Shown: piece after piece, positions 22,976 to 35,517 of the stretch
How positions within the stretch are numbered: position 1 is the first letter of the stretch
How the letters are laid out: the number at the start of each line of letters is the position of its first letter
Origin: Felis catus
Taxonomy: Eukaryota
Length of the DNA stretch: 64,000 bases
Assembly: GCF_018350175.1 (NCBI RefSeq)
Contig: NC_058368.1
Coordinates: 76,634,001-76,698,000 of the forward strand
Direction: 5' to 3'
The notes under the pieces: generated by a model
Told to the model about the DNA's origin: nothing
Databases searched by the model: none
What the model saw: the letters and a program-made list of their open reading frames with translations, nothing else
Program-made: the position numbers and the translations under genes

Positions 22976-25380
22976 ATAACGAAAAGCAAAAACCATAAGC
23001 AAGCCAGTCCACACGACCCGAACTGCGCTCACCACTGCCAGGCCACTTATTTAAGAGTTGCCGGTATCCGGAAAGTCGTATTCCACCCATATACGCGCAC
23101 TCATTCATACAAGGTTTGGCCGCTGTACTCCAAATAAATTGTAGATTGTGGAAAGATACTGGCACGTACTGTCTATGACATTACTTAGCTGGCATCGTAT
23201 TTCTATTTTCAAAGGCTATGCTTCCCGTGCGTGCATATTAAAATTAGGGTCATACAACTTGTCCTCTTTGAAAAAATGATTTTGCCTCCATCGCTTTGGC
23301 GTAATCCACTTTCCTGCCTTTTAAGAAACCCAGCCAAACTGCGGTTATCGTGCTCCGCCATTCCCTAAAATACACTTGGAAATCAATGAAGTGCCTAATA
23401 AATGGCAAGAGTTGAGCAGAGATGTTTCCTTAAAATGAGCTTGACAGTTTGCCTGTGTACTGATAAGAAGCGCTCAGGAAATTAATTAACAGAATATTTT
23501 CCTAATTAACTCCCAAATTGTAGACTGTAATATGAAACACAGTCAGCCGCATGTGGCCTTCAGAAGACTTTGCTGAACGGGGAGATGACAGATGAAGGGT
23601 GTAGATGGGAAAGCGCAGCCGTCGGAACCCCTCTTTCATCTTTCCAAATTACACTGAAAAAAATCCTAATGTTACGACGTATAATGAGTAACAGGCCTTT
23701 ACCAGAAGAATAAAGTCTGTTTCCCCCCAAATTATATTAGGTCCGTGATTAATTTGTCCTTGGAATGAAAATGACTTCGCCACATTCACAGACAGAGTGG
23801 CCCTAAACTTCGGTGAAACCCTCGGTCGGGTTCTCGGCCCCGCTGCAATGCTGCACGAGGTGAACAAACACCAAAGCGGTCGAAACATGTTTAGCTGGAT
23901 CTCTGCGGCGGTGTTTTTCTCAACATTTTTCCAGCCTTGCCTTCTTCATCCAAAGAGACTTCATAGATCCTTCTATTTCCCTTAAGGGCCCTCGCTATGA
24001 AATTGTCCTGCTACAGGTGGACTGTCCTTCCGTCTGTGTGCTGTGCGTATAGCCACACTTTACATATAAAAAGAGTGCGGTGCCTTCGCTTCAGAACTCC
24101 AGAACTGACACTGCCTTGCAGAGAACGCGCCCCTACGTAAGGCACTTGTTACGTGCACTTGTTACATGCACCCCTACGTGCACTTGTTAATTCACCCCAC
24201 AGATGGTTTCCGGGTGCGTACTACTAATAGTAAACAAATTTCATTCTCGTCTTCAACATGGAGCAAGAACACCAGTAAATATACAAGGCGTCCTGATACC
24301 GATTTTAAGAAGAAAGTGTCAAGAGCGAGAAAATGTGTCTGTGGGCAATGTCTTCCGTAATGAAAACAAAAACAAAACAAAAAAAGTTTGGTGCCTGCAC
24401 CACTAAATGTCTAAGGAAGCCGTGGATCCTTGAAAGGACAGGCTGAGACTGACGGCGGAGTTCTCCAGGGGTCCAGCTCGCACAGCCTCCCCACCACCTG
24501 CGCCTGTGCTGTCCCTGTCACCGGTGGCAGCTGCTCCTCCCGCCTGCCCCCTTGGGGGGCGTAGCAACTTGGAGGACAACACAATTAACTCCCTGGGACA
24601 GGAGAGATAAATAAGCTTTAACCGTGTGAAGCTGGTCAGATTCCTCTCTTTTTGGTTACAAGTGGTAGAGACATAAAAACAAAATCTATAATCTACAATT
24701 AGTTTTTAAAGCATTTGGGGACTGTCGTGTAGAGAGAGTCTGATAAAAAAAAAAAGACTGTATATTATAAAGACCATATATTATAATGAACAATGATCCC
24801 ATGGTTTTTTTTTTTTTTAAGTGTAATACTTTACAATATAGGCTCTCCTGATAAAATACAGACTCTTGAGAGAAGTAGAAAGAATAAATGACTCAGAGTC
24901 CCTTTCTAGTCATAGAAGCAAATTTAGCATTTAGTTGCAAGCCTTGGAGAGTGGAAGTCATGAGGGAAACAGCATAGAGGAGGCAGAGAGAATGGAAGGG
25001 ACCCCAGAGTCAGAGGAGGGCTCACTGGTGGCATGGCGGGCAAGGGCTGTGGTCCAAGGCTGAAGGCATGAGCCTGGCAGGACACCAGTGGTCACTGGAA
25101 CACCACAACCACGGCCAGTGGTCAGAGCAACGGCCAAGAATCATGTTTTGGTTTTCCGCAGACTGGCCATGAGGCCACTGATACGTCTTTTCCACCTTTA
25201 TTACAATAAACGCCTATTAACTGAGACATCCAGGTGGTTTCTGTCTCCCTTGAGCCAGCAAGTGATTTAACTCCACCCCTCTTATCAAGTGGTTACACTT
25301 CTAAACACACGAATCCCGTTTCATTCAATGATTTGACTCAAGATATGAAAAACGGGTTCTATTTATTTCCACTCTCTTGC

Positions 25381-25607
25381 TTTTTTTTTATTTATTTTTT
25401 TTAACGTTTATTTATTTTTGAGACAGAGAGAGACAGAGCATGAATGGGGGAGGGTCAGAGAGAGAGAGGGAGACACAGAATCCAAAGCAGGCTCCAGGCT
25501 CCGAGCTGTCAGCACAGAGCCCGACGCGGGGCTCGAACTCACGAACCGCGAGATCATGACCCGAGCCGAAGTCGGATGCTTAACCGACCGAGCCACCCAG
25601 GCGCCCC
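25381..25607 (-). mobile_element. Can-SINE
   Basis: Full length; TSD tccactctctt. Confidence 0.97.
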
Positions 25608-25899
25608 TCCACTCTCTTTCTTACAAAGAACTTTTCTCGTTGACATCCTGCGTTCTTTCGGCGTGACCATCCTCTGTGTCTAGGAGGGTGGCCAGCTAGC
25701 GAGGGGGTCCAGGGAGCCAGTAAGAGAACCAAGATGAGGTCTAAATGGAAAATCTAGAAATGACGTGATGTGGCTTGAGGATCCTGGAAACAGAGCGAGG
25801 ATTTATGAAGCCCAAGCTGGGGACCACAATGTGACACAACTGGGCTCAATGTCAGGCACAGAGCAAGATGGAGAAAAGCACTTAGATGTGACCCTAGCT

Positions 25900-26105
25900 C
25901 CCCGCCATGGCGTGAATACTGCCCCTCCCGCTTACCGTTGCAGCAACCCGGACAACTTACTTGACTTGCGTGTGCCTCAGTTTCCTGCTTTGCAATGTGT
26001 AGATAAAAGTAGTGTTTATCTCTTGGTGTTATGACGATTGAATTATTAGTAAAGCACTTGGAGCAACGCCTTCTACGTAATAAATACTATGTATAGGTGT
26101 TTATT
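25900..26105 (+). mobile_element. MIR
   Basis: ggacaacttacttgac...gtgcctcagtttcctgctttgcaatg...gtaaagcacttggagcaacgcct. Confidence 0.8.
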
Positions 26106-26987
26106 AAACAAAGTGACTACATCAGGTTAGCAAAGAATCTGAAAGAATAATATCTAGGGTGTGATGCCCCCCAGAAAACACTGCTCTCATGAGGAGGCCC
26201 TCGGCTAGATCTTTGAGTGGAAAATAGTGGTTAAGGGTGTCTCCCCAGGTCAGACGTGAGAGGACGTCAAGAAACAAAAAAGAGAAAAATGTTTCTAAAT
26301 TGAGAGCAAGTTTCTTAGAGGCCACGTGACCACTGTAATTCCCATCATGAAGTGGGAGGTTAATCCGACACGCGTGTTGGCCCCTCTCACACCAGTCCCC
26401 GCGGGTGAACAGATCCACAGAACACTGCCCCTGCTGACCCCGTCCCTTCCCAGGGCTCCTGAGAAGAGCCAACCTGCAAAGCTAACGTTCCCACCCCAGC
26501 ATCAGATTAATAATTTTCTGTAATAGCGATCACTGCCCTGACAGAACCCCCATCAGGGATGGGTGTGTGCAGGGAGGAGAGCTCCCGTCTTGTGGGTCTA
26601 TTCCTCTCCATTTCTGATAGGTTGAGGCGTGGGAAGACCTTCATTCATGCTTTCTCGCCGCTATGACACGTAAACTGTGTCCCAGAAAAATGGCACGGGT
26701 GGCATTCTTGTCCCACCAGGAACCTGTAGATCATTCAGAGACTCTCCTTGGCCTCAACAGAGAACGGTCTAGAGCTGCTCTGCGATGACGAGCAGACCGA
26801 CTTTTCTCTCACGGCAGCCATTTTTTCCTCTCCCATAGATTACCTGTTTTACTACATTGCTAGATGAGATAATATGCCCGTTCTTTATTCTTACTGAAAA
26901 TATGTTTCCTATATTCCAGGCACCACGCTAGCTAACGCTTTGCAAGGCAAACACACTCCCTGTCTCTTACAGGCATATATGGAGAAG

Positions 26988-27448
26988 TGGTTAGTCGGGG
27001 TTCTCCAGGGGAGCAGAACCAATGTGTTGCAGGTGGATATATGGATGGATGGAGACACAGACAGATCAATACATAAACCCATGCATACACGCTAGTTGAT
27101 CTTTAGGAATGGGCTCATGCGATTGTGGAGGCTGGCAGTTCCAAAATCTCAGGGTAGACCAACAGGCCGGAGACCCAGGGAACAGGGGATGTTGCATTTT
27201 GAGTCTGAAGACAGTCCAGAGGCAAAAAATTCCTGCCTCCTCAGGAGACCTCAGTCTTTTATCTTAAAGCCTTCAACTGATTGAATGAGGCCCACCTATA
27301 TTATGGAGGATAACGTGCTATACTCAAAATCTGTTGATTTAAATGTTAATCTCACCTGAGATGTACCTTCACAGCAATATCAAGACTAGTGTTTGGCCAC
27401 ATGTCTGAGTATGGTGACACATACTAACACATAAAATCAACCATCACA
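26988..27448 (-). mobile_element. ERVL LTR (MLT2B-like)
   Basis: ttagtcggggttctccagg...ggctcatgcgattgtggaggctggca...ttcaactgattgaatgaggcccac...cataaaatcaaccatcaca. Confidence 0.9.
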
Positions 27449-27449
27449 A

Positions 27450-27950
27450 GTAACAAGCAGACATTTTCCATTCAGAGTGAAGAAGCCTACGGAAGAAACA
27501 CACAGCACTGTTCAAAACCCAAAAGGGGAAGCCCTGTCTCAGACTCCGGTGGTCACAGGAGGTCTCCCTGAGGCGTAACATCTGATCCAGAGGCGACATT
27601 CAGACCTGAGGAATACCATGTGCAAAAGTCCAGAGTAAGAAGTCACATGACACACAGGAAGAGCTGGACGTGGTCCCGATGCATCTGGAACAGTGGGAGT
27701 CACAACACAAGTTGCAACACAAGGAGAGGTTACCAGTCTAGCTCATGCTGACCATGTCAAAGAGTTGGATTTCTTTCCAGAGGCGAGGGGGGTAGTGGGG
27801 GCGGGGGGTGGGGGGGGGTCATGGAAGGGCTAATGAGAAGAGGCATGACTGGAACTATATTATATTAATGACTCTCATTGTATTGTGGAGAATTGGATTT
27901 GGGGTAGCAAGCAGGGAGTCCCTTTAGGAGTAAGTTGAGATAATTAGAAT
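27450..27950 (-). mobile_element. L2 fragment
   Basis: ccatgtgcaaaagtccagag...gagttggatttctttcc...catggaaggg...tgtggagaattggatt. Confidence 0.6.
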
Positions 27951-27989
27951 GCGTTGCTATGGTGACCTGTATGTGCGTATTCTCTCCGG

Positions 27990-28211
27990 CAGGGTTCAGC
28001 CAGCATTTCTATGAAGGGCCACATAGTAAATATTTTAAGCTCTGTGGACCATATGCGCTCTGTCACCAAAACTCAACTTGGCAGTTGTAGAATAAAAGCA
28101 GCCATAGACAATATATAACAAATGGACATGGCTGTGTTCCAATAAAACTTTATTCACAAAAACAGGCAGTGGGCCAGAATTGATCTGCAGGTCTTTGTTT
28201 ACTGACAGCTG
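27990..28211. mobile_element. MER58A hAT-Charlie MITE
   Basis: aagggccacatagtaaatattttaagct...aaagcagccatagacaata...ggctgtgttccaataaaactttatt. Confidence 0.92.
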
Positions 28212-28654
28212 GTCTCGGGGAACCGAAAGCCACGGCCGGATCCAAGAATTGTTTAGGAGAGAGAACCGACGTGAAGTGGTGAGCAGTAAAGAGTGAGGGT
28301 GGGGAGGGGAGGAAGTATCGAGGACGCTACGTTTAAGAATGCATCCAAGTGAAGATGTTCCGCTAACCCTTGAACCTAAGAGCCTAGGGCTCAGGAAAGA
28401 AGTCTGGACTGAAAGGTTAGAGTTCAAAGTTGTTTGCGTATGCCTGCTCATTAAGCAAATAAACTGTCAGAGGGTCGGGGTGGGAAGGCTAGGGGGGGAC
28501 CTGGGGAGTGGAAGAAAGCTCAAAAAAATAGCAGATGACTCCCAGCACTCAAGACATGTACCCTGGAAGAGGAATTCACAAAGGCGACTGAAAAAAGTGC
28601 CCAAAGAGGGAAGAAGAAAAACAGAATATGAATATGTAAGAAAGAGAAGGGGGA

Positions 28655-28657
<3 letters not shown>

Positions 28658-28697
<40 letters not shown>
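28658..28697. repeat. (GA)20 microsatellite
   Basis: Read directly. Confidence 0.98.
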
Positions 28698-28699
<2 letters not shown>

Positions 28700-29415
28700 C
28701 AGCTTGCCCGGTGCGGCTGTGAAGATAAGCAAGTTCAGACCCCAAAACCTAGGTGGATTTAGTAAGAAGGGGGTGTGCGGTAAGCGTGGGCTCATGGGGT
28801 TCCCAGGGGAATCGCGACAAGGCATCCACTCCAATCCCTCTGCAGAAGACTTCCCCGGACGGTCTCCAGCAGACGGTCACCATCCAGCTGGTCCGCTACT
28901 GGTCATCACCTTACATCAGTTACCGCATTTGGGTCTTTTGCTTCCAGTCCGTGAAAATTCTTGACCGTAGTGCCAAGTTGAAGAGACAGTGCGGAGAAAC
29001 CTTAACCAGACCCAATTTTTACTCCAAGCATTATTTTTAGCGTCTCCCATTGAGGCTCTACTCACACAGTGCCAAACTGCCAAATGAAAACTGGGAGGAA
29101 AAAAAAGAATCTCACTGCGTTTTTCAGTCATTTGAATCCTCGGCCCCAAATGTATTAACTGTATGTGGAACGTGATAGCCCTTGGAAAACAGAAGTTAAG
29201 TCGAAAAAACGGTATCTGATCATTATTACGATTACGAAGGTAGGTTATTGTATTTTCAGGTCCCCACACATTTTAGATGCGCGTGCGTGCATGTGTCTGC
29301 ACACTAGGCTTTATTAGCATTAAATAAACACCAAGAAAAGCTCTTCTGCTTTAATTAATAGGTGGAGAATAAAAATCTGATGAGGCAATTTTATCTTTAA
29401 ATATTTTTCATTAAT

Positions 29416-29636
29416 GGGGCGCCTGGGTGGCGCAGTCGGTTAAGCGTCCGACTTCAGCCAGGTCACAATCTCGCGGTCAGTGAGTTCGAGCCCCGCGTCG
29501 GGCTCTGGGCTGATGGTTCGGAGCCTGGAGCCTGTTTCCGATTCTGTGTCTCCTTCTCTCTCTGCCCCTCCCCCGTTCATGCTCTGTCTCTCTCTGTCCT
29601 AAAAATAAATAAACGTTGAAAAAAAAATTAAAAAAA
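29416..29636 (+). mobile_element. Can-SINE, young feline subfamily
   Basis: Diagnostic gcgcagtcgg, cagccaggtcac, gggctgatgg, cctgtttccg; CpGs retained. Confidence 0.98.
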
Positions 29637-31294
29637 TATATATATATCTTTCATTAAGGTGAATCTGTCACAGTTTTTTTTCCAGATGCTATTTTCAGCT
29701 TCTCCTGCTTGCTCTCAAGCATCTGGGAGAAACAATATCCTTTCTTTTCACACCTTTCTTGACGCTTGTGGCGGTGGAGGTAGAAACACATCCCAGCAGC
29801 GAGAGCAGAAATGTGCAAACCTCTTTTCTTCCTCTGCCCTGACTTACAAAGTAGTGTTCGTTTCACATGGGCTCCGGGAAGACAAGAGCCCAGGTCGTAA
29901 ACACAGCCAGCGCTGCAGACGTTAATTGGCCTTTGGCCGAGCTTAAGAAGAAAAGAAGAAAAAAATACGAGAGTAATTTTAACTCTGGTAGATAAGTTAC
30001 GTTTTTCATAAGTTCAAAACAACTTTTGAGGTTTTCAAACTTGGAAGTAATTTAAAAAGCGTTCACTCTATTTTCTCATCAGTTGCTTTCAGAAAGGAAT
30101 ACATATTTCCCATTAAACTCAAAGCAGCTCATGGGTGATCGTTTTAAACAGCAGATTAAAATGAGTACTTATGAGGCGGAAAAGTCCAGAAAATATCTTC
30201 CTATTGATTAAGTGATATTTGGAATTAGACTTACAGGAATGAACGCTAGGCCCTTACGTCTAATTTCTCTAAATAAAGTGGAGTTTGGTACCACACTGCA
30301 CATAATGACTTTTAAGAGTGCATCATTTTATAGTAACTTAGCTATTGACTTACTTTAGAATAAATTACAATTATGAAGTTTCTTCAACATTATATGTAAG
30401 ATAGAAATTTCTTCCATTGGTCTCAAAATAAGAGTTTACAACCATTTTAATAAGAAAAATTTGGTGAGAAATGAAGAGCTTGAATTTCATTATGTACGAA
30501 TCAATTTCTTTCTTTATTAGAATTCCTTCACAAAAGGTATTAGGTAATTACCCTGTTATATTGTAACTCATGCACATTAAATATCTCAGCAACGAAAGTT
30601 AATTGAGGGTCCCTCCTCACTGAAAATGTCTCTAAACTGCTTTGTCTTGAGCAATTAAAGCAAAAGATATTCTGTAATAAATGCTCGCAGAAAACTGATA
30701 ACAAAGAAATACTAACCTCATAAATGACGTTACCTGATATATTTAAGGTTTCATTTTAAATATTCCTCGTTTATTTTCCAGACTTGTTTTATATCAAGCA
30801 TAATGCATACAGAGAGAGCAAATAAATGTATGAGCCATATTTTATTTTCTTAATATAAAAATCTAAGAGAGAAATAAAAATTACTAAGTACATTTCCAAC
30901 AGTTTGGTTTTACGATGTATTACTTACCTCTTTTTTTCTTTTCCATATGAGTTTATTCTAAACCTGTGCAAATAATCAACAATATAAAAATGACTTTTTC
31001 TAACATACCAACAGTTTTATCATACTTTCTTAACTTTTTTGTTATTTGACAGTGGGAATTTCTACTTAATTTGTTAGTTTTTCCCTTAAATTTTGTTAAC
31101 TTTTTTAAAGTAACCCAAGTTAAAATGTGTAGTGATTTGGCCTTTTATTTAGAAAAAAAAAAACAAAATATGGTTGCATGTACATTGTACGTTCATGTTT
31201 CATAAGAGGATGCATACATTGTTGGGAACAAGTGTAGCATTAAATGTCTCTTGGGAGCAGGAAGGAGACTTCAGCTAATATTATGCCTTTGGAA

Positions 31295-31520
31295 TTTTTT
31301 TTTTTAATTTTTTTTTTCAACGTTTATTTATTTTTGGGACAGAGAGAGACAGAGCATGAACGGGGGAGGGGCAGAGAGAGAGGGAGACACAGAATCGGAA
31401 ACAGGCTCCAGGCTCTGAGCCATCAGCCCAGAGCCTGACGCGGGGCTCGAACTCACGGACCGCGAGATCGTGACCTGGCTGAAGTCGGACGCTTAACCGA
31501 CTGCGCCACCCAGGCGCCCC
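31295..31520 (-). mobile_element. Can-SINE, young feline subfamily
   Basis: Near consensus; TSD tggaattttttttt. Confidence 0.98.
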
Positions 31521-31667
31521 TGGAATTTTTTTTTAAATAATATAATCCCCCCTTTGCTTATTATAAAGACCAGTAGATATGATTGCAGGGGGCAAAAAGC
31601 AATTGTGAAAAGAAAAATCACAACGAAATAATCGTAAGTTTTCACCCATAAGATTAACTTAAAGCCA

Positions 31668-31883
31668 AGGGCACTTGGGTGACTCAGTTGTTTAAGCATC
31701 TGACTCTTTTGGCTCGGGTCAGGATCTCAGGGTTGGTGAGTTCGAGCCCCACATAGGGCTGGTGCTGACATCTCAGAGCCTGCTTGGGATTCTCTCTCTC
31801 TCACCCTCCCCTCTCTCTGCCCTTCCCTGCGCGCTCTCTCTCTCTCTCTCTCAAAATAAATAAATAAACGTTAGAAACAACAT
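31668..31883 (+). mobile_element. Can-SINE (older)
   Basis: TSD attaacttaaagc (31653-31665, 31884-31896). Confidence 0.95.
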
Positions 31884-33044
31884 ATTAACTTAAAGCTGAA
31901 CATCAGTGGAAATAAAAAAAATAGAAAAGATCTTTAAGGGCTCCAACCCAAATTTCAAAGGAGTCACAGAAATAGCCAAAACATTAATGGGGGATGGGGG
32001 AGGCAGGTAGGAACTGGAGGGGACAGGCAGGCAACCTTGCCTAGACTGTCACATGAAACGTTAAAATACAATGCAAAGTCCTTTCACATATTTCTAGATT
32101 CATATTTTAATATTATTAATCAAGTCACTTCCCCCCCCCGGCCCTTCTCTTCATCCGAAACCGAATCTCACCTCAAATCCTGACGAGGCAAGAAACGCCT
32201 GAGTCTAACAAGAGAATAAAAATAAGTTCTTATCGACAAAAAGGAAACCAGCAGTCAGTGGGACACGGCCGCTCACACAGAGACATTTTGCCCTTGATTT
32301 ACATTCCTTACGTTTGCAGAGCGTAGGTCTTCAAGCACCTTTGATGCCCAGGCTGATTTATGAAGATGTGGCACGTTCCTCGATGGAACCTCAGGCACTT
32401 TCTTTTTTCTTTTTCTTTTTCTTTTTTTTTTTTTTTTACTTAATCCACCAGGGCCAGGAAGTGGAATCTTGATTGGAAGGCTCTGTCAGAGCTGGTTTGA
32501 GTGATGGTTGCACTTTTCATGAGCATCATCCATAACCACCACCACCCGCGGCCCCCCCCCCCCATTGGCTGCAGTGATTCATTGTCACAGCCACACGCAC
32601 ACCTTGTCCTGGGCTCAGGGAAGAGCCCATCTCACAAAGAGAAGACGCGTCTGCATCCAATACCGGAGCCGTTTGCAAGCCGCACTTGATATATAAGCCG
32701 ATGTTCACAAATTATCTGCTCAGAGCCTTCCTAAGCAGCACCTGTGTCCTGTAATTCACCGCCGAATTTACAGCTTGTCAGGAAAGCCGTGCCCTTACCC
32801 TGCGGTGTCAATCATGACCTGAAACCTTTTACTCAGAACCTTCTAGCTGTTCCTCACACCACTCGAGGGAGTTTGACATCGCATAAAATTCAGAAGCGAA
32901 TGTGTGGCATGCAGAGAGAGGGAAAGACGGGGAGGGTTCCGGGGTCCACGAAGGGCAGATCTGTCGTGTTTCAGTACCAAGTGCACGGCTTCTTTGGAAC
33001 GTTAACGTTGATGAACGCTTCCGAGGTCCTTTTCCTATTGTCTT

Positions 33045-33104
33045 GATTTTATTTTATTTTATTTTATTTTTTTTTTATTTATTTTATTTTATTTTATTTT
33101 ATTT
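33045..33104. repeat. (TTTTA)n microsatellite
   Basis: Read directly. Confidence 0.95.
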
Positions 33105-33552
33105 GTGTCAGCCTGTGAGCGTGGAAGGGGACCTGTAACGAACTACATCGGGTCACAAGTTAGAACCCTCCTGGGTCGGGATGAGCTGTACTTACCTGCG
33201 AGGAGGGATGAGCACCTGCGCGGCAGGTGCAGGACAGAGTCCTCTGGATTCCCTGCTCACCTCCCGGGAACCACAGACGGTGACAGTGTTTCATGTGCCT
33301 ACGGAAAGCAGTGTTACTGACATGAGAATCGCTGATGTTACACCCTCGGGCTCTTCAACAGGAACCACTGCAGGCAGGTCTGCGAGCCTCGCCGCTTCTC
33401 CTGGGCCGAGGAGGCAGGTAAACCGAGGCAGCTGGCCTCCCTCCCAAGTGCGTGACTCCCAAGCTCCCGGTCTGGACTTGAGCAATGGATTCCAGGAACT
33501 GTCCACTGCCCAGGGAAAAGACACTCGAAGCCTTAAAAAGACAAAAAATGTG

Positions 33553-33769
33553 GGAATGCCTGGGAGCCTCAGTTGGTTAAGCGTCCCACTCAGCTCAGGT
33601 CATGATCTCTCACTTTGTGAGTTCGAGACCCACATCAGGCTCTGTGCCGACAGCTCGGAGCCTGGAGCCTGCTTCGGATTCTGGGTCTCCCTCTCTCTCT
33701 GCCCCTCCCCTGCTCATGCGTTGTCTCTCTCTGTCTCTCAAAAATAAATAAACGTTAAAAAAAAAAAAA
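33553..33769 (+). mobile_element. Can-SINE
   Basis: Full length; TSD approximately aaaaagacaaaa(g)aatgtg. Confidence 0.95.
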
Positions 33770-34165
33770 GACAAAAGAATGTGTAGTTAAGAGACTGTAT
33801 GTCCCAGTGGTCACCTTGACCACTAAGAAGACTGCTTGAGTCACCGCTGAGTGGATGCTCCACAGAGGTCCTGTCCACCAGCACCATCCTTGTCCTTCTT
33901 CTGTCACATCCTGATGAAATCTTCCATTCCACGTGAACTAAGGAATTCTAAATTGTCATATGGCATCGATTTCTAGCTTTCTTCATGGGTTTGTGTGAAT
34001 CTGTTTATAAATACATTCAAAAACTAGTTTAACCACAAAGCAAATGGTCCAACACGTGTTCTCTCTAAATATATTAATACAAAGAGTATGGGTAACTGTT
34101 TAAAAAGAGAATCGTTTTGTAATTGAGGTTAGGAAACCTGAGTATAATTTAAAATCTACCCGTGC

Positions 34166-34278
34166 CTCTGTGCTGACAGCACAGAGCCTGCCTGGGATTC
34201 TCTCTCTCCCTCTGTCTCTGCCCCTCCCCTGCCCACTCGTTCTCCCTCTTTCTCAAAATAGATAAATAATTTTTTTAA
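34166..34278 (+). mobile_element. 5'-truncated Can-SINE
   Basis: Starts at ctctgtgctgacagcacagagcctgc; CT region and short tail; tRNA head absent. Confidence 0.9.
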
Positions 34279-34439
34279 CGCTACCTGCGGTTGCATCTTT
34301 GATTTCTTTGAAAAAAAGGTGTCATTTCAAATAATATTTGAGAAGGCGAATGTATCATCATAATTAAACCTAGCTAAATAGTAGGTACTGGGAGGGTTGG
34401 GAATAGACAAATGAGGCCACTTTAGTCACTGAAGCCACG

Positions 34440-34690
34440 TAATCTAGAGTCAGGTAGGCTAGGTCCCATCCCAGCTGCATCTCAGTTACTGGCTGTGCAC
34501 ACTTGGACTAGAGACTCTACACCTCAGATTCCTCATCTACAAAATTACAAAAGCAGAAAACTCCTGGGTGTGTTTCGAGGCTTCAGAAATCTAACATATG
34601 TTCCGACACATAGAACAGGAGCACTTAGAACACAGCACTACTATTCATAGAACAGGAGCACTTAGAACACAGCACTGCTGTAGCATACCC
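34440..34690 (+). mobile_element. MIR with internal 37-bp tandem duplication
   Basis: tctagagtcag...cctcagattcctcatctacaaaat...agcacttagaaca. Confidence 0.75.
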
Positions 34691-34869
34691 ATGTACGTCG
34701 GTCGTCTCAAGAAAAGCACTCCCCTCATCGGCATCTTTTCATGGGAGATGATTTTTACCATAAAAATTCGTAAAACACCCATTCGAAATGCAAGATAGAT
34801 CAATAGACGTTGATATGACTCCTCAGGAAGTTCATTTATCCAGTCTTGTATTGAACATTGTAACTGATC

Positions 34870-35420
34870 TCTAAGTAATGAGCACTTGATGAGTTTTGGT
34901 ATATTATCAAAGTAAACAAGCCATAATTACCTGTTCCCACAACACGTCTGTGGGAGGCTGGATTGTCTTTATATACTTCAACCAAAACGACAGATTGCAA
35001 GCAATAAGGGAGAAGCAGATAGAAGAATTCAGTCGTCTTTTATTAAAGCTTGACATGAAAGAGATGTGCTTACCGTTTTTTGCTTTTAAAAAATATATTT
35101 TTCTTTAAAGTCTTATCATTGTACTTTAAAAATCTCTAATTACACGAATGATGGGGAAAGTAAAAACGATAACAATGTATACGTGGGTAATGTTGAAGGA
35201 ACTTTTACATATATATTGCCAACAGAAAACAACTTTTTTACTGATTATGAATGTTTATCATTGTCATGAACAAAGGGTAATCAATCCCTTCATTTCATTT
35301 ATTAACGAATTTTTCTTTTCATGCTCTCTGATCTCTCAACAGCAAAAGTCCCTCAAGAGTGTCCTGAATTGACCTAACTCGCTCGTTCCCAAATCTCAGT
35401 GTTAGAAGGTTTGAGAAGGG
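34870..35420. mobile_element. Charlie1/MER33-like hAT fragment
   Basis: acagattg...agaagcagatagaagaattcagtcgtcttttattaaagcttgacatgaaagagatgtgc resembles the recalled Charlie1 3' region; ends near gtttgagaa. Confidence 0.55.
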
Positions 35421-35517
35421 TGGGGCACATGTCCTGACAATGCTAGTACCTTGTGCTTCTCCTCGGAGCTTTGGGCTCTTCTTCTCTGCAGATAAAATGT
35501 TGTAAGCCCATTCCTCC

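Noticed and set aside
25408..25683. Recurrent peptides such as MAQSVKRPTSAQV and RETEHERGRGRE in many ORFs
   Set aside because: Reading frames through Can-SINEs, not a gene family.
34609..34682. CRISPR-like repeat
   Set aside because: Only two adjacent copies with no spacers, in a mammalian MIR context, and no cas genes.
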